This document shows positions 38,420-51,630 of a DNA stretch of 64,000 nt, piece by piece. The notes under the pieces were generated by a model, which saw only the letters and a program-made list of their open reading frames with translations, did not search any database and was not told the DNA's origin. The stretch is from Octopus sinensis (lineage: Eukaryota): the NCBI RefSeq assembly GCF_006345805.1, contig NC_043022.1, forward strand, positions 8,246,001 to 8,310,000, in the 5' to 3' direction. Position 1 is the first letter of the stretch. Every line of letters starts with the position of its first letter. The position numbers and the translations under genes were made by a program.

Positions 38420-38860
38420 AATTATACGGAGTTTTGTATCGAACTCGCAGCATGCGACTCAAAAGCAAATTTCTAGCAGACTGGATTTGCTGATTGTTCA
38501 TAATTTGCTACGTGGCCTTTCATTGGTTAAAGTTTAGCTGCTATGGTAACAAGTTCCGTTAGTGATGCTTGTTTGGTGATTGCAGCGGGGATGCGAAGAT
38601 AACGCAATTAAGCTAACACATACGTATTATATGAGATACGCATGCATATGTAATATAGTTGATATGTGAACATATATACACATATATATATATGTATGTA
38701 TACACATAGATATAGTTACAGACATACACACACACATAAGCACCATTCGCATGTGTAAATGACGTTTGTTGCTATTTCTACTGGTTCCATTTCTTCGCTG
38801 TCGTGTCGCTAAGAGTTGAGAATGGAGTGAAGAAATTAAGACTGGGAGTCCGTCATATAC
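38420..38860. promoter_or_regulatory. Possible promoter: CpG-retaining unique island with CCAAT box and X-box-like motif
   Basis: Locally many CpGs in non-repeat sequence; TTCATTGGTTAA (~38519-38530) next to GCTGCTATGGTAAC (~38537-38550). No transcript evidence. Confidence 0.35.
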
Positions 38861-40275
38861 ATACATAAATATACATACATACGTACATATATAATATACA
38901 TACATACGTATACGTACATATACATATACACACTATATATACTTATATATATATATACACACTATATATACTTATATATATATATACACATATACTCTCT
39001 CCCTCCCTCCCTCTCTCTCTCTCTTTCAGACATATACACACATAGAATTACGAATGCGTATACGTGTGGACATAGATACGTAAGAACATACAAGCACACC
39101 CATGAATATCATTTACACAAACCTACGAAAACATTTTACACAGAAAACTGTCTGAAAGTACTTTGTTATGATTTGAAAGTCAACAATAAAAATAAATAAA
39201 TGAATAACTGCTTGGAGAAAGAAAGACACAAATACTTTGTGTTGTTGTTTTAAGGACGACGAAATAATAGAAAACGAAAGAAAAAGCAGAAGAGAGAAGC
39301 AGAAGCGAAGTGTGGTGATGGCGGGGAAAGGAAAAAGAAACTAGAAAGAAAGAATCGAGAAAAAAGTAACAGAAAGACAGACAGAAAGGATCTCACGACA
39401 GAAAGTAATGATTATAAGAAAGGATATAAAAATGAATATAAGTAATAGAAACAGAGAAAAAGAAAACAGAAATAAACATATAAATGAATAAAACAGAGCA
39501 ATGATGGGAAGAAGGAATGAATTAAAAAGTGAAGGAATAAAATAAGAAAAGAAAGAACTTAGAAAATGCACATTCGTTAGCTTAGTTGATACTATGGATG
39601 CGCAGAAGTGATTTAATATTATCAATCTTCTTGCTTTTACTAACGAATGATTGGTTAGTGCAGTTGATATTACGGATGCACAGAAGTGAAAACATTATTA
39701 CTTGTCTTTAATTTAATTTTTTTTCCTCAATATCTTGGATTTTTATTTGTTTCTGTGAAAATATTTTTTAAAAGTGGGTGCTTAACAGGTGGGTGTTTAC
39801 TGTTTCATACCCAACTTGAATAAGGTTGTTCTTTTGGATATGAGTTTTGTAATTGTTTTGGTTTTGGAAAAATTGCAATTCTTGTTATTGAAAAAAGAAA
39901 AAAGAAAAAAAATCACCAAATCAAAATTTAATGTCAACTAAATTGGATGACTTGAAAATAATTACCCACCAAAATATAGAAAGAAAAAGTGTAAGGGACC
40001 GTTACAATGCAGAAAACCCAAAGACACCAGCCTAATCTAGTAAGTTCATGTTTGCTTGTTTTATTCATTTATTATTCTACACATAGAACCATATATACAC
40101 ACATAAACACAATGTATGTATATGTGTATATGTACAATCATGTACATGTGTATGATGTATGTGTACATATAGTTATAGATGTTTGTATAAATATATAGAC
40201 ATTCACTCACACATATGTTTGTGTATGTATATATATATATGTATATATATATATGTGTATATATATATATATATA

Positions 40276-40312
<37 letters not shown>

Positions 40313-40315
<3 letters not shown>

Positions 40316-40374
40316 AAATTTAGAGGAATGACCACTAAGTGAACAGCCTTAGTGGTCATTCCTCTAAATTTTGT
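40313..40374. repeat. Perfect 27-bp inverted repeat with 8-nt loop
   Basis: ACAAAATTTAGAGGAATGACCACTAAG-TGAACAGC-CTTAGTGGTCATTCCTCTAAATTTTGT. Confidence 0.95.
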
Positions 40375-40663
40375 ATGTATAAAATTTTTAATCTTCGGAT
40401 TTTTTAAAAATATGCTAGGCCACTGGTTTTAATTGATTAATATCGATTTCTACCCTTATTTAATTCTATTTATATATATATTAGAGCCTGGTGCAGCCAT
40501 CTGTTTGCCAGCCCTCAGTCAAAACCGTCCAACCCATGCTAGCATGGAAAACGGACGTTAAATGATGATGATGATGATGATGATATATATGTATAATATG
40601 AATGAGAAAAAAGATGGAGAAATTGACGTATAGACATCAGTTTATTCAAAAGATATCCAAATC

Positions 40664-40695
<32 letters not shown>

Positions 40696-41551
40696 ATACA
40701 CATGCACACTCATTCAGGGCCGTTTTGGCAGCATCGTTGACCCTCGGGAAAATCAAAGCACTGGTGCCTATAATATTTACTGACATCAGGGAACAACTTA
40801 GATTAGAATTGGGCCCTCTGATCTGAGAGAGCCCCCGGGCAGTGTGCTCATGCCATAAGACTGCACATATATAAACATACATACATTGCAGTATATATGT
40901 GCCTGTGTATGTACATACTTATATATATGTATATATATATTTACACACACACACACATATGCATGTTTCCAAACACTCAAAAATACATGTCATTTCCCCT
41001 TTAGGTCTTGGTCAACCAAATCTGTAACAAACGGCGTACCAATCGCGACCACCTCCAACTTTTTGTGTGTATAAGAGTCCACTCTTATACACATGATACA
41101 CAGACTCTCCCTAGCCTTTGTTTTTTTTTCTTTTTTCGATTTAAAGCATTGTTTTTTTTCTTTTTCTTTGACTAGAAGGGAGATTTAGCTACTATTTCTA
41201 ACATATCAGGCAATCGCATAGTGGCTCCCTCATTAGTTCCTACGAAATTTATATTGGTTGTCAGGCACCCAGAAAATTCCTGGTCGGGTTGATATTATCA
41301 TCAGACTTCCGAGTTGAGACCATCCTGTTTGTTTTGGTATATATCTAATAATGCGTTTCATCCTTTCTATTTACAAGACGTAGAATGTCATTGAAGGACA
41401 ATTTGGCTGCTATTTCATTGAAATTCAGTAACCGTGTAGAGGGCCCCTTGTTAATTCGTACAGATGTTTTGTATGTATGTGCGTAGATGTGTGAGTATCT
41501 ATGTGTGTACATATGTGTATGTAGATGTCAGTATGTATGTGTGTGTGCGCG

Positions 41552-41596
<45 letters not shown>

Positions 41597-41799
41597 GCTC
41601 GTGTGTGTGTGTTTATTTATAACTGTGTTTCTCACCATCTCCATCATTTAACTAGTTTTGTCTCTCCATTATTCTATCCATTAATGTTTTGTCTGTTTTG
41701 CTGGCCAATAACACGTCTGTCTGTCGTCTGTCTATATAGTTAGTCTATTGTCTGCTTATACAGTTCGGCCAGTGTCTGTCTATATATAGTTAGTGCCGT

Positions 41800-41804
41800 G
41801 TCTA

Positions 41805-41856
<52 letters not shown>

Positions 41857-41891
41857 CGTCTATCTGTCTGTCTATCTATCTGTCTGTCTAT

Positions 41892-41944
<53 letters not shown>

Positions 41945-42066
41945 CGTCTATCTGTCTGTCTGTCTATTTATCTATCTATATATCCGTCTGTCTATCTATC
42001 TGTCTGTCTATTTATCTATCTATCTATCTGTCTGTCTATTTATCTATCTATCCGTCTATCCGTCTG

Positions 42067-42120
<54 letters not shown>

Positions 42121-42270
42121 CGTCTATCTATATATTTATCTATCTATCTATCTACCTATCTATCTATCTATCTATCCGTCTATCTGTCTATCTATCTATC
42201 TATCTATTTATCTATCTATCTATCCGTCTATCTGTCTGTCTGTCTATTTATCTATCTATCTATCCGTCTG

Positions 42271-42328
<58 letters not shown>

Positions 42329-42330
42329 GT
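41800..42330. repeat. (TCTA)n with TCCG/TCTG/TTTA variant units
   Basis: Seen directly; source of the YLSI-repeat ORFs. Confidence 0.95.
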
Positions 42331-42370
42331 TCGTGCAGCGTTTGTTTATCACTATACGTGTTTGACTTCG

Positions 42371-42407
<37 letters not shown>

Positions 42408-42430
42408 CATTAGTGCTCTCTCTCTCTCTA

Positions 42431-42473
<43 letters not shown>

Positions 42474-43673
42474 ATTATATATATATATATATATAATATA
42501 TATATATATATATTATATATATATGTATATAGTTAGTGAGGTGTTTGTCAGTCTATAGACATAGTCCAGTGCCTGTCTATATCGTGACGTTAGTATTGAT
42601 GTAGATAGTCCAGTATCTGTCTGTCTATATAGTTGCGTTAGAGTTAGCCCAGGATCTGTCAGTCTGTCTCCCTGTCTATATACTTAGTCCGCTGTCTGTC
42701 TTATAGCTGTTTACTTATAGTTTCGTTAGTGTGTGTATAGATAATCTCGTATCAGTCTGTCTTTCTGTCTATAAAGATAGTCCACTGTCTGTATAGTTAT
42801 GTCAGAGTCTGTATGGATAACTCAGTATCTGTCTGTACAGATAGTCCAGTGTCTGTCTATCGGTCTATGTATTGGGTTGTCAGGTAAATTTGTTCGTTCT
42901 TTTCTACTTCGCTCTCCATCATCATCATCCTCAATACCGTCGTTGTCATCATCATCATCCTCAACGTCGTCGTCATCATCATCATCATCATCGTATGTAT
43001 TCAAATTTCAAAAAACGATAAACAAAAGTTGTAGAGGAAGAATAGAACTACAAAAAATGAAATTTCACTACTATAAAAAATATTCTTTATGTTTATTGAT
43101 TCAAATAACTTTGGAGAAAATGAAAAGAAACGAACGGGGTGGGGTGGGGCGATGGAAATAAAGCGAACGAATTTATCTGACAAATCATTAATAGATATAC
43201 CAGTGTCTGTCTGTCTGTCTATGTATTTATTTATTTGTTTATTTATGTCAGGGTTTGTCTGTTTGGATTAGCAAAATCGTTGGAGTGTCGGACAAAATAC
43301 TTTGTTGAATGTATTTGTTCCGGATTTTCTTTACGTTTCTGAGTTCAAATTCCTCCGAAGACAACTTTGCTTATCATCATCCTTCACGGGGGTAGATAAA
43401 AAAAAAGTACTAATCAAGTACGTGGGTTCAATGTAGTCAACTATTACAGCCCCCCCCCGCCTTCTTGCTATAAGTTTCTATCTTTCTGTCTACGTTATAA
43501 GCAATATAGACCAGTGTCTATCTGTTTATATAGTTATGTCTTTATCGTACTCTAGTTTTATCAACGTGTGCCTGTCTATCTAATTATCCTGGTGTCTCTT
43601 TCTAAATAGTTATACCTTGTCTCAATGTTATTTGCCAATGTTCAGTAATTGTCTGGTCTATATTGTTAATCTG

Positions 43674-44097
43674 GAATCTTTTCGGTTTGAACGGCAGTTT
43701 TTAACATAATTTCTAGGTAACTAAAAAATTTGAAACTTCGTATACTGGTAGAATGTGTTTATAAAACATCTTTTTCTCTTGGCTTTATTGAGAAAATTCT
43801 ATAGTTTGTAAGATATTTGTTGTTTTTTATTTTTCAATTTCTGCAATTTCAACCAATCAATGACGTCCATTGAGGTAAAAAAAAAACATTCCGTGCTGTA
43901 TGAATATGTCCCTCGTTTAAGAAACAGATTGGGTTTATTTACATTTGTGAAGAAAAAAGATACCCTTCCCACCTATCCCTAACCCTAACCCTAAAACAGA
44001 TTGAATGGCAATAGATCGATACCAGGGTCATAATTATGGGTGACAATTTCATATGACACTGCTAGAAAAAAACTGCCGTTCAAACCAAAAATGATCC
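43674..44097 (+). mobile_element. Merlin-like MITE (GG-terminal TIR, 8-bp TSD), copy 1
   Basis: TTAATCTG|GAATCTTTTCGGTTTGAACGGCAG ... CTGCCGTTCAAACCAAAAATGATCC|TTAATCTG; internal CCCTAA repeats. Confidence 0.8.
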
Positions 44098-44261
44098 TTA
44101 ATCTGATATATATGGTTAGTCTGGTCTATATAGTTTTAGTCTGGTTTTTATAGTTATTCTGGTCTATATCATTAGTGGTCCTTATAGTTAGTCTGGTTTA
44201 TATAGTTAAATGGGTTTATATAGTTTGTTTGGTATATGTAGTTAACCAGGTCTATATATAT

Positions 44262-44412
44262 TTCTTTACTACCCACAAGGGGATAGAAACACAGAGGGGA
44301 AAAACAAGGACAGACAAAGGGATTAAGTCGATTACATCGACCCCAGTGCGTAACTGGTACTTAATTTATCGACCTCGAGAGGATGAAAGACAAAGTCGAC
44401 CTCGGCAGAATT
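44262..44412 (-). mobile_element. Family B SINE 3' part
   Basis: CTTTACTACCCACAAGGG...GAAAGACAAAGTCGACCTCGGCAGAATT. Confidence 0.8.
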
Positions 44413-45329
44413 CGACTTTGCCTTTCATCATATAGTTAATCTGATCCATACACTTAAGTCGGTGTCTATCTCTGCACAGTTATATTCATGTCTGTCTGTA
44501 TTATGCAGTTACATAAATATTTGACCGTCGTCTATATAGTTATTACTAGGGTATATAAAGTTATTTGTCAGTCGTCAGTTATAGAGTATTTCCCCTATAT
44601 GTGTGTTTATGCAGATATTTCTGTGCTTGTTAATATATCTAATTAACACTCTAGCTTGCTATCTTGTTAACTGATGCTAGTATATTTTTTTATTGAATTA
44701 CTACTGAATATTTTAGAAGACAACAAGTTTATTGTTCGTGTAGTAAGCTACGAAATTCTTAGATTTTCTTGATTCCTGTAATTGAGATTGCTTCAGGGTT
44801 TCAGCAGTCAAAATAGAAAAGGTATTGTCCCAGAGGATGGCAAGGGAAATGCTGGAAAGTCACTCTGACTCACGGGGCTCGCACTTGTGGATAGCCATCT
44901 CTGCTCTGAGAGCAGCGAGCAGGTATATGGTCTGAGTGCTGAGAATGCTGGAGGCCTCCACTGCCACAGAATTCACCCTAAACATGTCTATCTAGTTATT
45001 CTGCTATCAATCTACTTAGCTACATCAATATCTACCTAAATATGCCACTGTATATCTGTCTATCCAGTTATTTTGTGCAACTTGTTATTCTATTGTGTTA
45101 TTGAAGTATACACGCAGGCACGCACACACACATTAATTAATTGAGAGTCAGTCACTTGCTACTCTGAGTTTCATCTGTGGGTGCACAAATTATGACTTGT
45201 AAGTTGCCTGAAGACCCTATGCACCTACTGGTGAAACTTAGAGTAGTTTGAGACTGACTCAACCAAAATTTTAAATATTAGTCTCTAAGATGTTATCATG
45301 TACTCTTTCTTCCAACAGTCAGCACTTAA

Positions 45330-45337
45330 CAGATATG

Positions 45338-45380
<43 letters not shown>

Positions 45381-45382
45381 AC

Positions 45383-45418
<36 letters not shown>

Positions 45419-45596
45419 GTATATGTATATATATATATGTGTATATGTGTGTTATATATATATATATATATGAATGTGTGTGTATGGTATATATGTGTGT
45501 ATATATATATATGAATGTGTGTATATATATATATATATCTATGTGTGTGTGTGTATATATATATATATATGTATACGTGTGTATATATATGTAATA

Positions 45597-45652
<56 letters not shown>

Positions 45653-45712
45653 TAATTATATACTAGTACACATATTTATGTATGTATCTATATGTATGTA
45701 TATTTGTGTATG

Positions 45713-45747
<35 letters not shown>

Positions 45748-46332
45748 ATATATATGTGTGTATATATATTTGTATATATATATTATATGTGTATATATAT
45801 GTATATACATATATGTATATATATATATGTGTATATATATGTATATATATATATGTATATATATATATATGTATGTATATGTGTATGTATATATATATGT
45901 ATATGTGTATGTATATATATATGTATATGTGTATGTATATATATATGTATATGTGTATGTATATATGTATATGTGTATGTATATATATATATATATGTGT
46001 ATGTATATATATATGTATTATATGTATGTATATATATATGTATTATATGTGTGTATATATATATGTATATGTGTATATATATATATGTATATGTGTATAT
46101 ATATATATATGTATGTATATGTATGTATATATATATATGTATATGTGTTATATATATATATATATGTATGTATATGTATGTATATATATATATGTATATG
46201 TGTGTATATATATACATATATGTACATGTGTGTATATATATATATGTATGTATGTATATGTGTATATATGTGTTGTGTATATATATGTAATATGTGTGTA
46301 TATAAATATATATATGTGTATATATATATATA

Positions 46333-46374
<42 letters not shown>

Positions 46375-46380
46375 CATATA
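45330..46380. repeat. ~1-kb compound (TA)n/(TG)n microsatellite
   Basis: Seen directly; source of the 306-aa YI/CV ORF. Confidence 0.95.
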
Positions 46381-46383
46381 TTG

Positions 46384-46756
46384 AAAAATGGTAAGACAAT
46401 AAAAGAATGAAAGAGACCTCGATATTATGTAAATAGAGGAATTTATCTGTAAATATAATATGTGACAATTATTTGGTAGCCATGATAAAACTCCGAGTTT
46501 CGGATGCCAAGGTGGAAATCCATACCGCCATCTCTTCAGTTATCCAGCCATCAGGAAAAAATTCTATGAAAAATCATAGTATTTTTTCCGATGGTCGAAT
46601 AACTGAAGAGATGGTGGCGTGGATTTCCACCCCGGCATCTGAAACTCGGAGTTATATCATGGCTACCAAATAATTGTCACATATTACATTACAGATAAAT
46701 TCCTCTATTTACATAATATCAAGGTCTCTTCTTTGTTTTGTTGTCTTACCATTTTT
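46384..46756. mobile_element. ~370-bp foldback (inverted Penelope-like termini) with a hammerhead-like motif in each arm
   Basis: AAAAATGGTAAGACAA ... TTGTCTTACCATTTTT, apex CTATGA-AAAA-TCATAG; CTGAAGA...GAAACTCGGAGTT on both strands. Confidence 0.75.
46484..46544 (-). ncRNA. Minimal type-I hammerhead-like motif
   Basis: GATAA-CTGAAGA-GATG..CATC-C-GAAA-CTCGGAG-TT-TTATC; one extra nt before GAAA and a palindromic stem III. Confidence 0.5.
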
Positions 46757-46759
46757 ATC

Positions 46760-47310
<551 letters not shown>

Positions 47311-47357
47311 TACCGAATAATTGTCACATTTACATTTACAGATATTATATATATATT

Positions 47358-47560
47358 TGGGTTTCAAATTCGGGCACAAGACCAGCAATTTCGGAGAAGG
47401 GATTGCATTGACCCCAGTGCTCAAATGGTACTTATTTTACTAACCCCAAAAGGATAAAGGGCAAAGTCAACCTCAGTGAAATTTGAACTCAAAATGTAAA
47501 GACAGACAAAATACCCCTAAGCATTTTGCCCAGCGCCGTAATGATTCTGCCTGCTCACCT
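47358..47560 (-). mobile_element. Family B SINE
   Basis: GGTTTCAAATTCGGGCACAAGACCAGCAATT...GGCAAAGTCAACCTCAG. Confidence 0.8.
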
Positions 47561-47638
47561 TATATCTATCTGTCTGTCTATCTATGTATACATGCATACA
47601 TACATACATGCATACATACATACATACATACGTATATA

Positions 47639-47849
47639 TAGGGTGGCCCAAAAGTAGATTTATAGCTATTCAACTATCTCTTTCGCATTCATATATTAAC
47701 AATTTAGATCTTAATTATAAAAAAATATGAAGCCATTATTCTATGCTAATTTAGCTAATTGTAAGATAGAAATTTAAATGTAATAAAATGTTTTAAAAGA
47801 ATTTTAAATGCCTACATGTTAAATGTAAACCTACTTTTGCACCACCCTG
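47639..47849. mobile_element. Tc1/mariner-type MITE (~211 bp)
   Basis: TA|TAGGGTGGCCCAAAAGTAG ... CTACTTTTGCACCACCCTG|TA. Confidence 0.8.
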
Positions 47850-48162
47850 TATATATATAACAGCTTTTGTTAAATTTCTGCTGCTTTTAAATAAAGTATA
47901 TATATATATACACACACATATATAGCTTGCTTTATATATGTGTGTGTGTGTGTTGTGTTGAGTTATTATAGAAACAATTTTACATTCAACTGAAGGATTA
48001 TTCAATACCTTTTGTAGAGTATGTATTATTCCTATTCAAGAATAGTGTCGACAGTGAATTCGAAGTTTCAGCTGGTTTAGCTTTCATTGGACTGATGAAG
48101 GCTAAGCAGGTCAGAACTTCAATGTTATTGCTGACACTATTTTTGGGAAAGACTAACGCACA

Positions 48163-48202
<40 letters not shown>

Positions 48203-48299
48203 ACACACACACTCAAATATATATATAGACACACACACGTGCGTTCACACACCCTTATATAATTACACTGTCCATCTATACAGTTAATGCAGTATGTAG

Positions 48300-49640
48300 A
48301 TCTAGTTATTCTACTTTCTGCCCACATCTAGTTATACAACTGAATGTCTGCCTCTTTCTCTAATTATATTATCTATCCTTATATCAATTTATTCCACAAT
48401 CTAGTTTTTTTATTTTTTATATTCTGTCTGTATATCTAGTTATTGAACTCTCTATGTCTCTATCTTCCTATCCAGTTATTTCATTGTCTGTTAACCTATC
48501 ATGATATTCCAATGTGTATGTATGTGTGGATCTCTCTGTTTATTCTACCATTTGTTTATCTGTCTAATTATTCCAGTTTCTCTCTATCCATTTAGCTTTC
48601 TTTTTTTTCTTTTTTTGCCAATACCTATATCTATCTAATCATATTTCTGACTATCTATCGATCTATTTTTTCCATAAATCTAGTTATTCCAGCATTTATC
48701 TATCTAACTAGTTATTCTGCTATCTGCCTATATGTCTATTTCGTTACTTATTCCAGTATCTGTCTATTTAGTTTTTCTACTACCTTTCATCTATCTAGTT
48801 ATTCCAGTGTCTGTCTAACTATTTATTCCAGTATCTTCCAATATGTCTATTTATTTAGTTATTCCAGCATCTATCTATTTAGTCAATCTACCACCTGTTC
48901 ATCTAATTAGTTATTCCAATGTCTGTTTATATGTCTATCTATCATGTTATTCCAGCATCTATCTACCCCTTACCTGTTCAGTAATCTAGTTTTTCAAGTA
49001 TCTGTCTATATGTCTAACTATGTAGTCATTCCAGCATCTATCTTTCTAGTTATTCCGGTGTCTGTCTATATGTCTATCATGTTATTCCAGCATCTCTCTA
49101 GCTAGTTATTCCAACACGTCTTTCTAGTTATTCCAGTGTTTGCCTATATGTCTGTCTATCAAGTTATTCCAGCATCTATCTATCTAGTTATTCTCTTGCC
49201 TGTTTCTTAATCTAGTTATTCTAGTATCTGTCAATATGTCTATATATTTAGTTACTCCAGCATCTGTCTATCTAGTTATTCTATGGCCTGTTCCCATAAA
49301 TAGTTATTCCAGTATCTATCTACATGTCTATCTAACTAATTACCCCTGTATCTGTGCATCTGTGTATCTGCTTCATTATTCAGCATCCATCTATCTAGCT
49401 ATCCCTACACCTGCTCATCTCTCTAGTTATTTTAGTCTTTGTTTTTTAGTTTCTTCAATATTTGTCTTCTAGTTTTCTATCAATCTAATTATTTTAGTAT
49501 TTGTCTGTGTACCTATTCTCTCTATCTATTTCACTATACGTCTATCTATAGATCTAATTATTCCATTACCCAGTTAACTATAAATTTAGTTATTCCACTG
49601 CTAGTGTATCTATAGAGGTCTACTTATTTCACTGCTTGTC
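48300..49640. repeat. Degenerate minisatellite with core TCTAGTTATTCCAG
   Basis: Dozens of irregularly spaced TAGTTATTCC(AG) units separated by TCTA/TCTG spacers. Confidence 0.85.
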
Positions 49641-49856
49641 TGTTTATAGATAGATCAATCATAGGCAAACTGCAGTCTACAGGACTTTCTGAATGGCATG
49701 ATTAATGAAAAATTACCTTGTAATTTTTAGTAGTGTGGCCCATCTGATGACGATCCATGTCTTATGTAGCCCATTTCTCAAAAAAGTTTGTCCATGCCTC
49801 ATCTAAATATTCCACTATCCTACCTGTATATAAATCTCCTTGTTCCTTTTATTCTT

Positions 49857-50292
49857 GGACAGGTGCAAATGTGGTTGTGTGGTAAGAAGTTTGCTTCCCA
49901 ACTACATGGTTCCTGGTTCAGTCCCACTGTGTGACGCTTGTATGACACTTTGGGCAAATGTCTTCTACTGTAACCTCGGGCCAACCAAAGTTTTATGAGT
50001 GGATTTTGTAAATGGAAACTGATCTGATCAATAGAACAGCCTCCTTGTGAAATTAACCTGCAAGTGGCTGAGCACTCCACAGACACGTGTAGTTCACAGG
50101 GAGATTTGGTGTGCTACAGGATGTGACAAAGCTGGCTCCCTTGAAATACGGATACAACTCATTTTTGCCACTTGAGTAGACCAGAGCCATGAAAAATGAA
50201 ATGTCTTGCTCAAGGACACAATGCACCACTGGGAATCAATCTCACAACCTCATGATTGTGAGCTGAATCCCTTAACCAGTAAGCCATGCATC
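49857..50292. mobile_element. Family A SINE head (+) abutting a family D SINE (-)
   Basis: GGTTGTGTGGTAAGAAGTTTG... up to ~50020, then CAAGTGGCTGAGCACTCCACAGAC...TGTCTTGCTCAAGGACACAA. Confidence 0.8.
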
Positions 50293-51437
50293 TTCACACA
50301 TAGTGAATGTGTAAGAATGGCAGAGAAAGGAGCCAAAGGAGATCCTTGATATTGAACCTGGTTAAATGATGATGATGATGATGATGATTGATCTACCTGT
50401 CTATAAATCTAGTGGTTTCTCTGTCAGTCTGCTTATAAAATTAGTGACTCCACGGTCTGTACTTTTATATCATGGTATTATACTGCCTCCCTCTCTCCCC
50501 TCTTTCTCTTTATATGTGTGCATGTGTATGTATTTTTTTATTCTTTTACATGTTTCAGCCCTAAGGCTGTGGCTACTCTGGGGCACCGATATATGTATAT
50601 ATACACACACACAAAGATATAGATAGATAGAAAGATAGATATATTATATATAAATAATTATATATTTTATTAATATAAATAACTATATATATATTTTATT
50701 AATATAAATATATATATATTATATGTATATAAATAAATAAATATATATTTTATATATATAAATAGATATATATTTTATATATATATAAATACATACATAT
50801 ATATTTTATATATATAAATATCATATATACACATATTTTATATATGTAAATAAATGTGAATATATATATATATATACATGCATGCACACACATACACACA
50901 CACACACATGTACATATAGAATATATAAATTGCTGATCTCAAGAATTTTTATAAACTTCAAGTGGACATGTTATAATTCTTTTTTTTTTTGAAACATTGG
51001 GATCATGAATCAGTTAAACTATAAATACTGTGTAAATATTGGGTTTAAAACTATTTGGAACTGAACCAAATATTTACACACTATCATTTATAGCTTATCT
51101 GCTTCAAGATCCAACATTCCAAAAAACATTATTTCCTCTCTCTCACTCTCTCTCTCTATATATATATAAGCACATGTGTGTGTGTGTGTGTGTGCATGCG
51201 AGATCATTATTGACCAGTTGAATGGTCTGAAATATTTACATGTTCTTTTGAACTAACCTGTTAGATAAATGAGGAGGTGCTTCTGTTTATAATTTCAAAA
51301 TAATTTTCAGGCAAAAGGTGTGTGATTTAAGGGAGGTTTAGCTGTTGTTTCTAGCACATCTCATAACTTTCTAGTACCTTCTTTGCTTCTTTGTCACTCT
51401 AACGCATTGGTGTTTTTCAATATTTTTCTCGTCATAA

Positions 51438-51630
51438 GGCACCAAGCTGGCAGAAATGTTAGCATGCCAGGCAAAATGTTTAGCAGTATTTTGTCTGTCT
51501 TTACATTCTGAGTTCAAATTCTGCCAAGGTCGACTTTGGGGTTGGTAAATTAAGTACCAGCTGTGTACTGGGTTTGATCTAATTGACTGGCCCTCTCCCC
51601 CAAAATTTCAGGCCTTGTGCCTAGAGTAGA
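51438..51630 (+). mobile_element. Family B SINE
   Basis: AAGCTGGCAGAAATGTTAGCATGCC...TTCAAATTCTGCCAAGGTCGACTTT. Confidence 0.8.

Noticed and set aside
43977-43993. (CCCTAA)n as interstitial telomere (also ~57313 and ~60383)
   Set aside because: Only 2-4 units, always at the same internal position of the Merlin-like MITE.
45474-46394. 306-aa ORF and all other YI/CV/HT/YLSI-rich ORFs (e.g. 1044, 41793, 41798, 45682, 46738)
   Set aside because: Translations of (TA)n, (TG)n, (CA)n, (TACA)n and (CTAT)n, which lack stops in some frames; no domain content.
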